Source: Podarcis liolepis (lineage: Eukaryota). From it: a stretch of DNA of 64,000 nucleotides. The notes beneath the pieces are model-generated. The model was not told the origin of the DNA, ran no database searches, and saw nothing but the letters and a program-made list of their open reading frames with translations. The DNA lies in assembly GCA_965112155.1 (NCBI GenBank), contig OZ218107.1; one strand, written 5' to 3'. Position numbers and translations under genes: made by a program. Shown here piece after piece: positions 12,025 through 23,120 of the stretch (position 1 is the stretch's first letter; the number at the start of each line of letters is the position of its first letter).

Positions 12025-14599
12025 TACATTGAAATGTTCCTCCCAGACTGTTCTAATTTAACACTTCACTATAGGCCTGATGCAAAATACAATCCTATGA
12101 CAAATCTATTAGTACCAAGTTAAAGAAGATAAATATTATAAGCCTCCAATACACTTGGTGCCTTATTTCCCCCACAGCCAGCTTTCCTGCTTTATATTTT
12201 TATAGTCAAACTCTTTTTCCTTTGCATCCCCCCCCACACCCCAGTGCTACATTTAAATGTACTTTCACACCCTCGGGCTTTAACATCACAGTCTGTTGCC
12301 ATTTAAAGAACTGAGATGCCACGAGTGTGATGGGGTCATGCATTACCAAAACCATGACTGCCTACTAGTGTTAAAGTTCTGTCCATAAAAGGGACTGGTT
12401 CGCCTGGATCAGCTCTGGGAGCTGTGTCTTTATCATGGCTTGAAATGCCCACAGATCCTGAGAGCTATGAGAAGAAAGAATTGTGACCTACAGGACCTCT
12501 GGCTTGAGGTCTATAGTATTCAACGACATTGTGCCTGCAAGAAAAATGGTCATCCAGTTAAAGCCGTGAGCTCATTCCCACTTACCTGGAAGCAGTCATG
12601 CATAATATTGCACTGTAAGTGAAAATTCCCAGTTTTCCCCCACAGGTCTATGGGCCAGCTTAAAACAAACCATCTAGTTGCCCCATATTTGTCAATGAGC
12701 AACTGGCTTAATACAAGACAGAAGCAGTTTACAGAGTTTTTACCCTAGGCCTATTTAGAACAAATTTGTGATAATTTATGCTCATAGTCATTATGCTCAA
12801 TTGCAGGATATTTTTAAGATACGATAAGGTGTTGTTTTTTTAAGGGCCTACATTTTAAGTTGGATCACCTCCAACTTTTTGACTTTCTAACAAGCTCATA
12901 GTAAAAGTTTTAATTACCATTCAAAAACCCAATTCGGGGATCTGGTTTGCTGATTTTTGACAGCTCTGCAGGGATTTCTTGAACAGACACGTCATTTTCT
13001 CTATAATAAGGCAAATCTGCACATAAACGCTCAGCTCTGAATAATGTGGTTTATTTTAAACTAGCTAGAATCTTCCATCACTAAGACCCTTGAAAAGATA
13101 CCAGCAGTCAGCTGTGGTTTGAGTAAATAAACCACAGTGTCTGACAGGCACGCCATGAGAGTTAGTGAGTTGCATAAATAATGCTGGGTTAGCCATTGGT
13201 TTGAAAGCCCCACTTTGAGGACTACTATTTCACAGCATAATCTGCCTCAACACATCGTTATGAGAATAAAATGTGATGAGTCCCACTGTAATTGCCCTGA
13301 TAGTTTGGAGGGAAGGGTGAGGTGAAACTAGAGCTAAGAATATATGGAGGGAAAAGAACGTTGGAGTGAGAATAGCACTTCTTGATGTGCCTAGAGTTCC
13401 ATCCAAATTCAGTTCCAAAAATGGGCCATTTCCACTATTGCCCCTCTACCATGGGATGCTGTTCTCTCTGCCACAGTTGAAGCAGCAAACTTGCTTAAGA
13501 TGCCTTATGAAGACATGCCAGGTTTTTCGCAGATGCATAAGATCAGATTCTTGTTTTTTTGTCTGCATGTATTTCTCTTGTTTTATTTCTCTGTAAATAT
13601 TTTTATATTGTTGTTTTAGAGGTTTTTGTGTAGTATTTTTGTTTATGATGTTGTTTACTGCTTTTCTGTTGTACACTGCTTAGAGGTCTTTTTAAAGATT
13701 AAGCCATTTATAACTCATCATCTTGTCTCTAGCAGTGACCTAGTGAGAAGCCCCAGCAGCTGGATGCCTGGGGATGTTGCAGCAGTTAGGTTCCTGCAGA
13801 GGGTTGCACTAGGTGACCTTGAGGTCCCTTTCAGCAACTGGCATTCAGCAGCATTCTTCTTCTGAACACAGAGGTTTCACTTAGCCATCATGGCTAACAG
13901 CTACATACCAACTACAGAACAAATTAATGAAGATTGAAATGTAATCATCCTTCAGACTTAGCACTTACATGACTTTTTCAATATAGTTTTTGGCTCAGGA
14001 AACATATTAATATACATGAAAGAGTGTATTTAAGCTCATATATTTTAATATTAATTTTCATATGGATTCTTTTCTAAAGATTAATGTAGAAACAGGGTTA
14101 GAAAGACTTGACTACACACAGACACTTGTCATGAGCTAGGAATAGAGTGATCAATTCTTTCCTACCTCTAATCTTGAGCAAGAATTCACAGGAAAGTCTG
14201 GAAACTTATGTTAGAGTTGAAGAACTCCTTGTTGATTGTCTACACTCGTGATCTTGCAGTGGGGCCCCAAGTGAGAAGATATGTGAGTTTCCTGGGAACC
14301 ACAGGATCAGGGATTGGGGAAACATGTTCAGAAGTATCTTGGTGGATAAGCATTGGCTCAGGTCTAGTTCCTGGGGTGCTTCCACACTGTGGAACAGCTG
14401 TTTTTGTTTATAACATCATCATCATCATTTGCAATTTTCAGAAAATTGAAACTCATAGCAACTTACGAAAATGAACATTAAAACAACTATAAAAACAAGG
14501 GTTTAAAAAGATCTTAAAACACACATGTATCTCAAAAGATGATCCAGTTCAACCCCACTCCACTTTATCAGTCAAAATCAGCACTCTGAATTGGGTCTG

Positions 14600-14995
14600 G
14601 AAACTAACTGGTAGGCAATGCAGTCATTGGTGTCTTGTGCTCAGACCATCTTGCCCCAGTGAGCAACCTGGCTGCTTAATTATACACCAGTTGAAGTTTC
14701 TGAACCATCAACAAAAATAAAACACAATGCAGTAATCTAACCACAGCACAGAGAACATATGTTAGGCTGTCACTATCTTCATGGAATTGTAGCATGAGAG
14801 TTCCAGCCCAAATCCCTGCAATGTTTTGCCCAAAGTGTGGCTCAAACCCATGACCCTGAGATTAACAGTTTCATGTTCTACCAACTGAGCTATCATGGCT
14901 GGGCCACTAGCCAAAGTTGATGGAAGGCACTTTTTGCCACCAATGCCACTTGAGTTTCAAGCAACAGTAATGGATGCATGATCGAAATGTCCCAT
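14600..14995 (-). mobile_element. L2 LINE fragment
   Basis: gcaacctggctgc...caccagttgaagtttctgaacc...gcagtaatctaa...ggaaggcact...gccacttgag is the reverse complement of a decayed L2 ORF2 C-terminal region (LDYC / KLQLV..AARLL). Confidence 0.7.
14778..14899 (-). mobile_element. tRNA-Lys(CTT)-derived SINE/pseudo-tRNA with a decayed CR1-like tail, nested in L2
   Basis: 14827-14899 matches vertebrate tRNA-Lys-CTT over 73 nt, mostly with CpG transitions; the anticodon now reads GTT and the acceptor stem is disrupted. It is followed by aaaacattgcaggg...tacaattccatga, resembling a CR1 3' end. Confidence 0.8.
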
Positions 14996-17900
14996 TACTT
15001 TTCAGCTTCCTTGCCCCCTTCTCCACAGCCCAGAAAACCCAAGTTATTGCTTGTTGTTTTTTTTACACAGTGGAACAGCTTTACCATTTTCTCTAGCTGT
15101 GGACAGCCCACCATGGAGCAGTTCTGGCCTCTTCAGGTCAATAATGGCGTGTATAGATTGTGCTCTAGCAATTTCCTTCACTACGGTTCATCTCTCTTCT
15201 GTGGGAATCAATTCTACACTACTTTAACCCTTCTGTTTCCAAATTGCATTTTCCTCCCTCCCTCCCTCCCCCACAAAAAATGCAGCAGGGGAACAATAAT
15301 GACTGGGAAGACAGTGAGGGGAGTATTTAACCCTCATACTAAGTTCCCAATTAAAATTGTTCCAAACACACCATCTGGGGTTAGGGAAAGGGATATTGAT
15401 AATTTGACTATGCTGCTGGAATGTTATTTGGATTCCAGAAGTATCAAAGTGAAGTTACTGTTCTATGTGCAGCTTAAAGCAGAGCAACAATGACCGGCTA
15501 CTGCTAAATCGTTCGCATCTGGAAGTACCCTGGGTTGAGCTCCTCTGTGACCTTTGTTGCTGATCCCTTCGATTTGACGGGCCCCTCATCATTGAAGTCA
15601 GTCTGAATTGCTGCCTAGGGTAGGAATCATGACTAACAGTCCCTAAGCATGCATCATTTTGCAAATTGTCGAGACTCAAAATGGAAGGAGTTTCTCACAG
15701 GCAAACAGAGATGGCAGCTTAATAACATTCAGTCTGATTAGGGCCTTTCTGCAATGGCTATGAAGCAAGTAAGAAGCATCTGTACAAGGTAAAGACTAGT
15801 ATGCTGGACTTACACTGAGGAGTTGTGGTTGTCTTTAATCTATCACCTACTGCCCTCATTTGTATGATGATAATCCTGGAACCCTGGTGATGGATAAAAG
15901 AATTGGAAACTGACTTACAAAACTGAATTGTTCTGGCTTATGAAACAGATAATGGAGGTATTGCTAGTGGGAAACAGATATAATGAGTCCTTTACATAAT
16001 TGCATTTCAAACGATCATAACAGTATTTCATTAATAAAGGGTCTATTTAAGTAAGTACCGGTACTATGTATGTCGAATGGAGAACATGTGATCTACAGAT
16101 GAAGGGAGGTAATAAATTTACCTTATTCAATGAATAAATAAATACATTTACAAAGTTTGACAATGAAAGGGGTTAGAGCCCTGAGTGGAGAATTGCTAAC
16201 TAGCTGGTACAACAGACTGGGAATCACGATAGGACACAGAATGGCCACTTACATCCAGAAAATATGGGAAATGGATCACATCATTTCCTATACGACTGGA
16301 AGAAACCAAAGGAAGGGATCTGACCCTAACTCATATCCATATGACTGACACAAATATACAGGTATAAATGTTTGGTAAAAGTTCCCTCATTAATTTGGAC
16401 CCTTTCTCCAGGTGACCCGAAACTCAAGCTTGCTTCCAAAAACAGACCACAGCTCCCGTTTTCTACCCTAACACAGTCACCCTGATTCACTTTCCCCCCT
16501 GATTCACATTGCCTACTATTGATCAAACTCAAACTACCTGCCTATAGGGATCTCTGGCATTTCCTACCAATTTGGGAGTTTGTCTAGTCATGCCCTGTGA
16601 AACATGTGGGAAAGCTTTTTCAGTTTGAAGGCCACATACTCTTATGGGAAACCATCCAAGGGATGTATGCTAGTGGCATTATCAAAATCCAGGGAACATT
16701 ACAGTGAGGCAGGACACTCAGGGTGTGAAGCAGAGTCCATGAGAGGTGTGGACTAGGGAGATGGGGCATGGCCTGGGGAATGTTCCAATGGCCAAATAGA
16801 CAGGTCTGGAGAATTGTGTTTGGTCACTAGGCCTGATGGTTCTCATGCCTGTCCAGGTCACACTTCCCCCACTCATCTGCAAAACATTTCGAAAGTGCTT
16901 GATTGTTTTGTGGCATCTCCAGAAGTTGAGTTTCTCCACCCTGCCCTGCATCTTTACTTTCCTCCCTGCTTGCTGACTCATTTCATCTTTTGCATCTTCC
17001 CTTCAGCTTTTGCCAATGCTGCCACCACACGATGGCCTTAACAGTCTTAGCAGGGACTATTGCGTTGGCTGGGCAAGGAAGGAGAGCAACAGAAAAGGCA
17101 AGCCATCTTTGTGTTTTGTCTAGCTGGTGGGGTGCCATTCACAAGCTGTAGACCACATGCTGCTCACCCCTAAGAACCAATCGTGCTTGCACAAATGTGG
17201 GAAAGTTACTAGCACAATTTTGAAGCCAAGAAAGCCTAACGATAACTGTAAACTGTCTTAATGAACAGGCCTCCAGAAAGGACTTAATTATTGAATGGAT
17301 TGCCCATTTTAATGGGACGCTCTGGGACAGTTGAAGCACCATGTTTTCAACCCCCACGTGCTTTGGTGCTGAAACTGGTCCTCTTATGAGTATTTTAATA
17401 TATGCCAAGCATTTTGAAATATGTTTTTTTAGGCTAACCTTCTCAATCACTTGACAAGTCCTTAAAACCATGACAAGAGAAGGAACATAAAGAAAAATAA
17501 TACCTGGTCAAGACATTTAAGCCTGCCCTGTCTAGATGATTGACAATGTAAAACTTGATTTGTGAACCTTTCTTCACTATTTATTGTAATTCAGTTAAAG
17601 GTATGCTAAGATTTAGAGCAATCTTTACAGGTCAAATATATTTAAATGCATTGATTCCAGGGATCACTTTCAGAGCTGTGTTTTAAAAGTACAAAGAGAG
17701 AGAGAGAGAGTTAGGCAGAGCTAGAGAACCAAACAGTGTCAAACGCCAACTCACATCATCCACAGGCAGCATGGCCAATGATCAAGGATGATGGGAATTG
17801 TGGTCCAACAACATTTAGACAGCCACTGGTTCTCCAGCTCTGGTTTCAGACTTAGATATCTAACACCACATTCCTATTGTGGCAGAACTTGCAGAGAGAC

Positions 17901-18484
17901 ACTTACACCTAAGCCAGCAGATACAAGCAAATATCTGCTTACACACAGGTGGTTTAATCATTGGAGCAGTATTTTGGGTCTACTTTTAGACCTCCCTTCA
18001 TCCCATAGGATCTCAGGGAAATGGCACATCAAGATCAAAGAGGACACTTCCATAAACAGGTACACTGAAAACTGAAGCAATCATCTGTGAGTGCAATCAC
18101 TGAGTTATACAAGTGGACCACTCCCTTGAGATGCCACTTGTACATATGAGTCAATGCAGGTAACATATTAATTAGTACACTGGGGTCACTAACCTTTGCA
18201 TACCCATTGGCCCATTTGGCAAACTGGAGAAACTGTCATGGCCACCATGAACATGCCATAACTTGTTTTCATTGTGACCCATAAAAGGTTGCTGGTAGCA
18301 TAATTGTGAAGTGGGAGCACAGCTGAAAAGGAAATAGTCCTCTCACCAAAATTGCACCCCATGCCTAATTTCAGCAGGGGCGGGGGAGAGTGTGATAGAA
18401 CCCTACAGTGCCGGAGAAGGACCCATTCTGCATACCAATTGTGAGAAACATCAGCAACAGCCTGGTTGAGGAATACAGGGAAAA

Positions 18485-18665
18485 TAGGAAGCTGCTTTAT
18501 ACCACACCAAGCTGTCTTGCCCAGTCCTGCCTACTCTGATTGGCAGTGGCTCTTTGGGGTACTAGGCACAGTGGTCTTTTGTATCACCCACTAACTGATC
18601 CTTTTAACTGGAGATGTCAGGGATTGAAACTGCACGTTCTGAACCACTAAGCTATGCCCCCTCCC
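18485..18665 (-). mobile_element. Old tRNA-derived SINE (Squam3-like)
   Basis: Minus strand has A box tagcttagtgg, B-box-like gtttcaatccc and tail tataaagcagcttccta; related to the 47413 and 63555 copies. Confidence 0.7.
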
Positions 18666-18772
18666 TCCCTGGGCAGTCACATCCAGGCTAGAATAGTTTC
18701 CTCTGAGACCAGTAATGCTAAGACATTAAGCACAGAGTTCCATTTGGGACACCTGAGAGAAAGTTTACTACA

Positions 18773-18959
18773 CAGTGGTACATCGGGTTAAGAACTTAAT
18801 TCATTCTGGAGGTCCGTTCTTAACCTGAAACTGTTCTTAACCTGAGGTACCACTTTAGCTAATGGGGCCTCCCACCGCCGCCGTGCTGCCACCACGCGAT
18901 TTCTGTTCTCAACCTGAAGCATCTGTAACCTGAAGCATCTGTAACCCGAGGTACCACTG
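18773..18959 (-). mobile_element. Same Tc1/mariner MITE, opposite orientation, internal deletion
   Basis: TIRs cagtggtacatcgggtta / taacccgaggtaccactg. The body is the reverse complement of the 2074 copy. Confidence 0.9.
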
Positions 18960-21730
18960 TATACACCATTCAATAGTGCCTCTTTTGACTTCCACTAAGA
19001 GCAGCAGCTGAGACAGGAAGCCCACCCAGCAAGATAGTTGAATACCCCCCCCGAAACAACCCGTACAGTGGGGAGGAGCTGCAATGCTAGCTTCCTGGCA
19101 GCAAGGTTGATGCCATCAGCAAGGCTGATGTGGTCTGTGCCAGCCTCTCCACAACCTTGCTCTTCTCCCCTTCTCTCCTGGTGAGTGGCAGCAATCCTGC
19201 TACCAGGAAGATGGCATTTCAACTCCCTCAAACAGTGCGATCCATTTCTGAGTATCCTCACTGTCCATTTTGTTGGATTTTAGGCATGTTGTAAAATAAA
19301 AAAAACCCCAGAGATTTCAAATAAATCTCTAATATTAAATAGCGACGACACAGCCAAAATATCTGTTCTGCATTAGGCACATCTCTATCACTGAGTATGT
19401 TCCCATTAGAATGAAAAAAATGTGAATTCATTTTTTTCTGGAAGTTTCATGTGACAGTATCCTTCTGCCAGGAACCATGTGAGAATGAGCAAATCCTCAC
19501 ACTTTTGTTCTCCTAAATAAGCACATGCCTGGAGCATTTTAACAGCTGTATTAGCCTCCTAACTTCAAACCTAGACATTAAAAACATTTTTAGGCATCAA
19601 ATCTTCAAAAGGAGGAAATGTCACTTTAACACTCTTAGCAAGAATGTTAAAAACAGACCCCAAGCTGAAGCAATTATTTTGTACATTGGCCTTCATCAAC
19701 CTGGTGCCCTCCAGATGTTGCAGACTACAACTTCCATCAGGCCCAACTCAAAACATCTGGAAGGCGGCAGGTTGATGCAGGTTGTTAAACATGTAGGCAG
19801 CATACAACAGGCAAATATACCTAACTTCTTGTTTCTCGTCACCCTTGAAAATGTGTAATAGTAATGGATTTCCTGTCTTTATATTGTAATGCTTTTAACA
19901 GGCTAAATTGAACTTCAGAGAAGGACACATATGAGACATCTGTAACAGCCAACCCAAGTATGTTGGGACGAACACCCTAAAAAAAAAAGGAAATGATGAG
20001 ATATAGAGATACATCAGTGTAAATCTGTCCATTTGTTAGTGAAATCTGAAAAATAATAATCTGACGCCTCCAAAAATTAGAATAGCTGCTTTCCTAGCAA
20101 ACAACAAAAAGCCCTACTTAGAACAAAGATTCAGCCTAATGCAAATTAAGCTGGATTTATTATCAATCCCTCAGAATCGGCTGTTCACATTAAAAATGAG
20201 AATTACAATAGGTCCTTGACTGCAGAGCAACATTATGCCAAGAATTAGTGTTCAGTTTTGTATGGGGTTATTAATATATTTTATTCAGAAATTTAGCAGG
20301 AGAAAGACCAAACAACTGGACAAAAAAGGAGAAAGACATTTTGGTGGCAAGGTTGAACCGTTCCAAGCACCATAGGCACGACTTCAGGAATTGGACAGAT
20401 CCCTCTTAATGAACAGTTTGTTCCTCTACAAGCCAGCTGGTGTGATCTGGGTGAGCAACATCCTTTTTTAAGGTTACAGCTTTTAATAGCACTTTTGTGT
20501 TAAGCTAACATGCTCGGCACTTAACTCCAATAGGCACTAAACATTTTTACAAAGAAGCCAGTGCCTTTTCTTCTAAGCTGAATAATATGTTTGTCAATAT
20601 TTATAAGCAATGATTAATATATATGCAAATGGTATACATTTATTACTGCAGCTATTTTAAACAAGCAAGGCCAACTTGGGAGTCTTATTTTCAGTACATT
20701 TAGTAAAAACAAATTAGAAATCTGGAAAATCACAATCAAGCCAGATGGATTAGGTCCCTTAAAGCTTTCCCCCCTCATCTATATGGCTTTCTTGGAACAC
20801 TTTTCTTTCAGCAGTTAATCAGGAAACTACCAAAAAGGAGAGACTTGTATATACACATCAGTACAGAAAACAGCATTCTAATTTCACTTTGTAAACCATT
20901 TTTAAACATGAACCAAGATGTAATACAAGGCTGCTGAAAGCCTTAAGCAGTTTACCATGAAGATTTATTTGACCTCCATTGAGGTCTTTGACCTCTGTTT
21001 TCCCCTCTTATGACTTTGTTCTTTCCACTAAACACTTTACAAGTTCAAATGAAATAATTGTATTTTCAGCCTAGTACTATTATTTACCAGCTTTGAAAAT
21101 TTAAAAAAAGGTGCAGATCACGCACTCCCTGCTCCTTGGAATGCCACCTGACCCCACTCACCTGCTCACACAAATGCACACATTCCCATTCAGCATAAGA
21201 AGGAGTGCTCTCTAGAGCACTTAACCCATTAAACATTAACATCGGTCAACAATTTCAGAAACTTGGAATATATATTTTGAGCATGGCTAAAGTTCCTGGT
21301 TTGTATCCACAAGGGTTTTGCACCAACAAAAAGCATGTCTACTTGTGCAACTCAAGGCCCCTGAGTTTTACTTTAAAAAAACCCTACTCACTGCAGCCCC
21401 CTGGAACCCCTTAAAAATGCTTTAGTTGGGAGATCCTCTGGAAGGGTGTGGGTTAGGGTGCAAACAACTGCAGTCAGCAGAGGGGAATCAGCAAAAGCTA
21501 GGTGCTGTTTGTCACATTAGCATAAGCACCTCCTTGCTATTGCAAAGCTACCATTAGATTCAACCCCTTAAGTCTAAGAGGTACACCTCAAAACCTGCAA
21601 TCTGTATAAAACCAAGAACCCCTACATCACAATGATGATTTCTAACTTTCTATCTGGCCAGACAATGTTTCTGCTAGGTTTGTGAGTTTGTTATGGTTGC
21701 TTACAGAAGAGGTGAAGTAGCAAACATATT

Positions 21731-21940
21731 AACATAAGAAGAGCCTGCTGGATTAGGTAAATGGACCTTCTAAAGCAACATTCTGTTCTAACAGAGGACA
21801 ACACAATGCTTGCAGGAAGCCAACAAGCAGGACAGGAGTACAACAGCACTCGGCCCACCTGCGATTCCCAGCAACTAGTATTGAGAAGAACACGGCCTCT
21901 AATAGTGAAGGTAGAACACAGCCATCACGGCTAATAGCCT
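21731..21940 (-). mobile_element. CR1-type LINE 3' fragment (second subfamily)
   Basis: aacataagaagagcctgctggat...ggaagccaacaagcagga...agccatcacggctaatagcc. Related pieces at about 13847-13902 and 42385-42469 (opposite strand). Confidence 0.7.
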
Positions 21941-22142
21941 CCACATCAAAGGGCAAAGTTGATAGACATTACAGCTTCATGACTATCCTATGGGTCCAGA
22001 GACCTTGCTCAACTGTATCAGCTGGCAGCGAACACCAGCAATTATATAGCTACAGTATAAAACAAAATACAGAACTTCCTAGATCTTATACCTCCATGAC
22101 AGCAGTGGGGGACTAGGGGACATTTATATTTCAAGAGGTCCT

Positions 22143-22168
22143 CAGCAGCAGCAGCAGCAGCAGCAGCA
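22143..22168. repeat. (CAG)8 microsatellite, non-coding
   Basis: Seen directly; no exon context. Confidence 0.9.
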
Positions 22169-22293
22169 AAAAATAGTCTTGCTCTCCTATGGTGAAATAA
22201 CATAACTAATCTTTGTATAAGGGGCAAACACAATTGTCATCAACGTAGATGAAGTTGCTATCATCTATAAGGAAAAGACAGGCAACAAAGGAA

Positions 22294-22390
22294 GTCGTTG
22301 GCATCCTTTTGTCTCGAGAGATAATGGAGTGCACCTCTGGGAATGTCAAACTGCTGGAGAATCACAGCACCTACTGTGGCTGCAGAGACC
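22294..22390 (-). mobile_element. 3' tail fragment of the same RTE family
   Basis: Its reverse complement (ggtctctgcagccacagtagg...ggtgcactccattatctctcgagacaaaaggatgccaac) aligns by eye to 63244-63343. Confidence 0.85.
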
Positions 22391-23035
22391 TATCCTATCT
22401 GCTTTTTTATTAGGTGGGATAACAAAGGAAGTATCCAACCTAATTTTCAAAAAGCAGGTAGGATTATTATTCCATGGAAAGCAGTTAAGAAAAAAATTTC
22501 ACTGAAGGAATTAAATTTCAACCCCACTGTCTTTCTCTGTTTTGAGGTTTTCAGGTGGTAATTTATTCTCATTACACAAGAAAGTTGTTGGATAGACATC
22601 ATCAAGCCTGCACCAAAGTTATTATCCAACCAGATTTGTCTGAGTCACTCAGTCACACAAGTCAATTGTGTATCCCCATTTAACTAGACTTCTCACTGTC
22701 TAATGTGTGTATACTTTACTGATGCTTGTCCAAATGTATGGCCTCATGACATCAGGATTTTTTACTGGAGTTTTACAGCAGATGAAAAAAACCAATTACA
22801 TATATTTCACAAGCACACACACAAACAAACAAACAAACAAACTGTGTACATCTTGTCCCATGTCCCACTGAATTCTTTAGGACCACCTGAGAATACCCAC
22901 TTATCAATGTATTCATTGTGCCTAGGGAGGAGATTTAAAATATATGAATAGGCACTCTAGGTGCTGCCCCCATAATCCTTTGGATGCTTCCAAATCCTGA
23001 GTACAGAGCAGGAAGCACAGTAAGAACTTTTGTTG

Positions 23036-23120
23036 GCTGCAATCCTAGACCCACCTACCTGGAAGCAAGTCCCATTGGACTCAATGAGACTTACTTCAGA
23101 GTAGATGGGGTTGCATTGCA
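23036..23120. repeat. ~85-bp foldback interspersed repeat (MITE-like)
   Basis: Arms gaagcaagtcccattg / caatgagacttacttc. Decayed copies at about 10897-10986, 23838-23925, 24587-24670, 31514-31605, 38564-38645 and 44628-44700. Confidence 0.75.

Noticed and set aside
12570-12620. Minus-strand donor CAG|gtaagt at about 12580-12588
   Set aside because: It is part of the ~85-bp foldback repeat family (cccacttacctggaag), so it is repeat-derived.
14827-14899. Functional tRNA gene
   Set aside because: Acceptor stem disrupted, anticodon mutated, CpG decay throughout and no poly-T terminator on the transcribed strand; treated as a SINE/pseudogene.
15100-15125. REST/NRSE-like motif (cagcccaccatggagcag)
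   Set aside because: Needs two insertions to fit the RE1 consensus.
14978-15493. 171-aa ORF
   Set aside because: No recognisable protein motif or exon context; it begins in an L2 remnant.
22143-22168. PolyGln or polyAla coding tract
   Set aside because: Short closed frames and no splice context; simple microsatellite.
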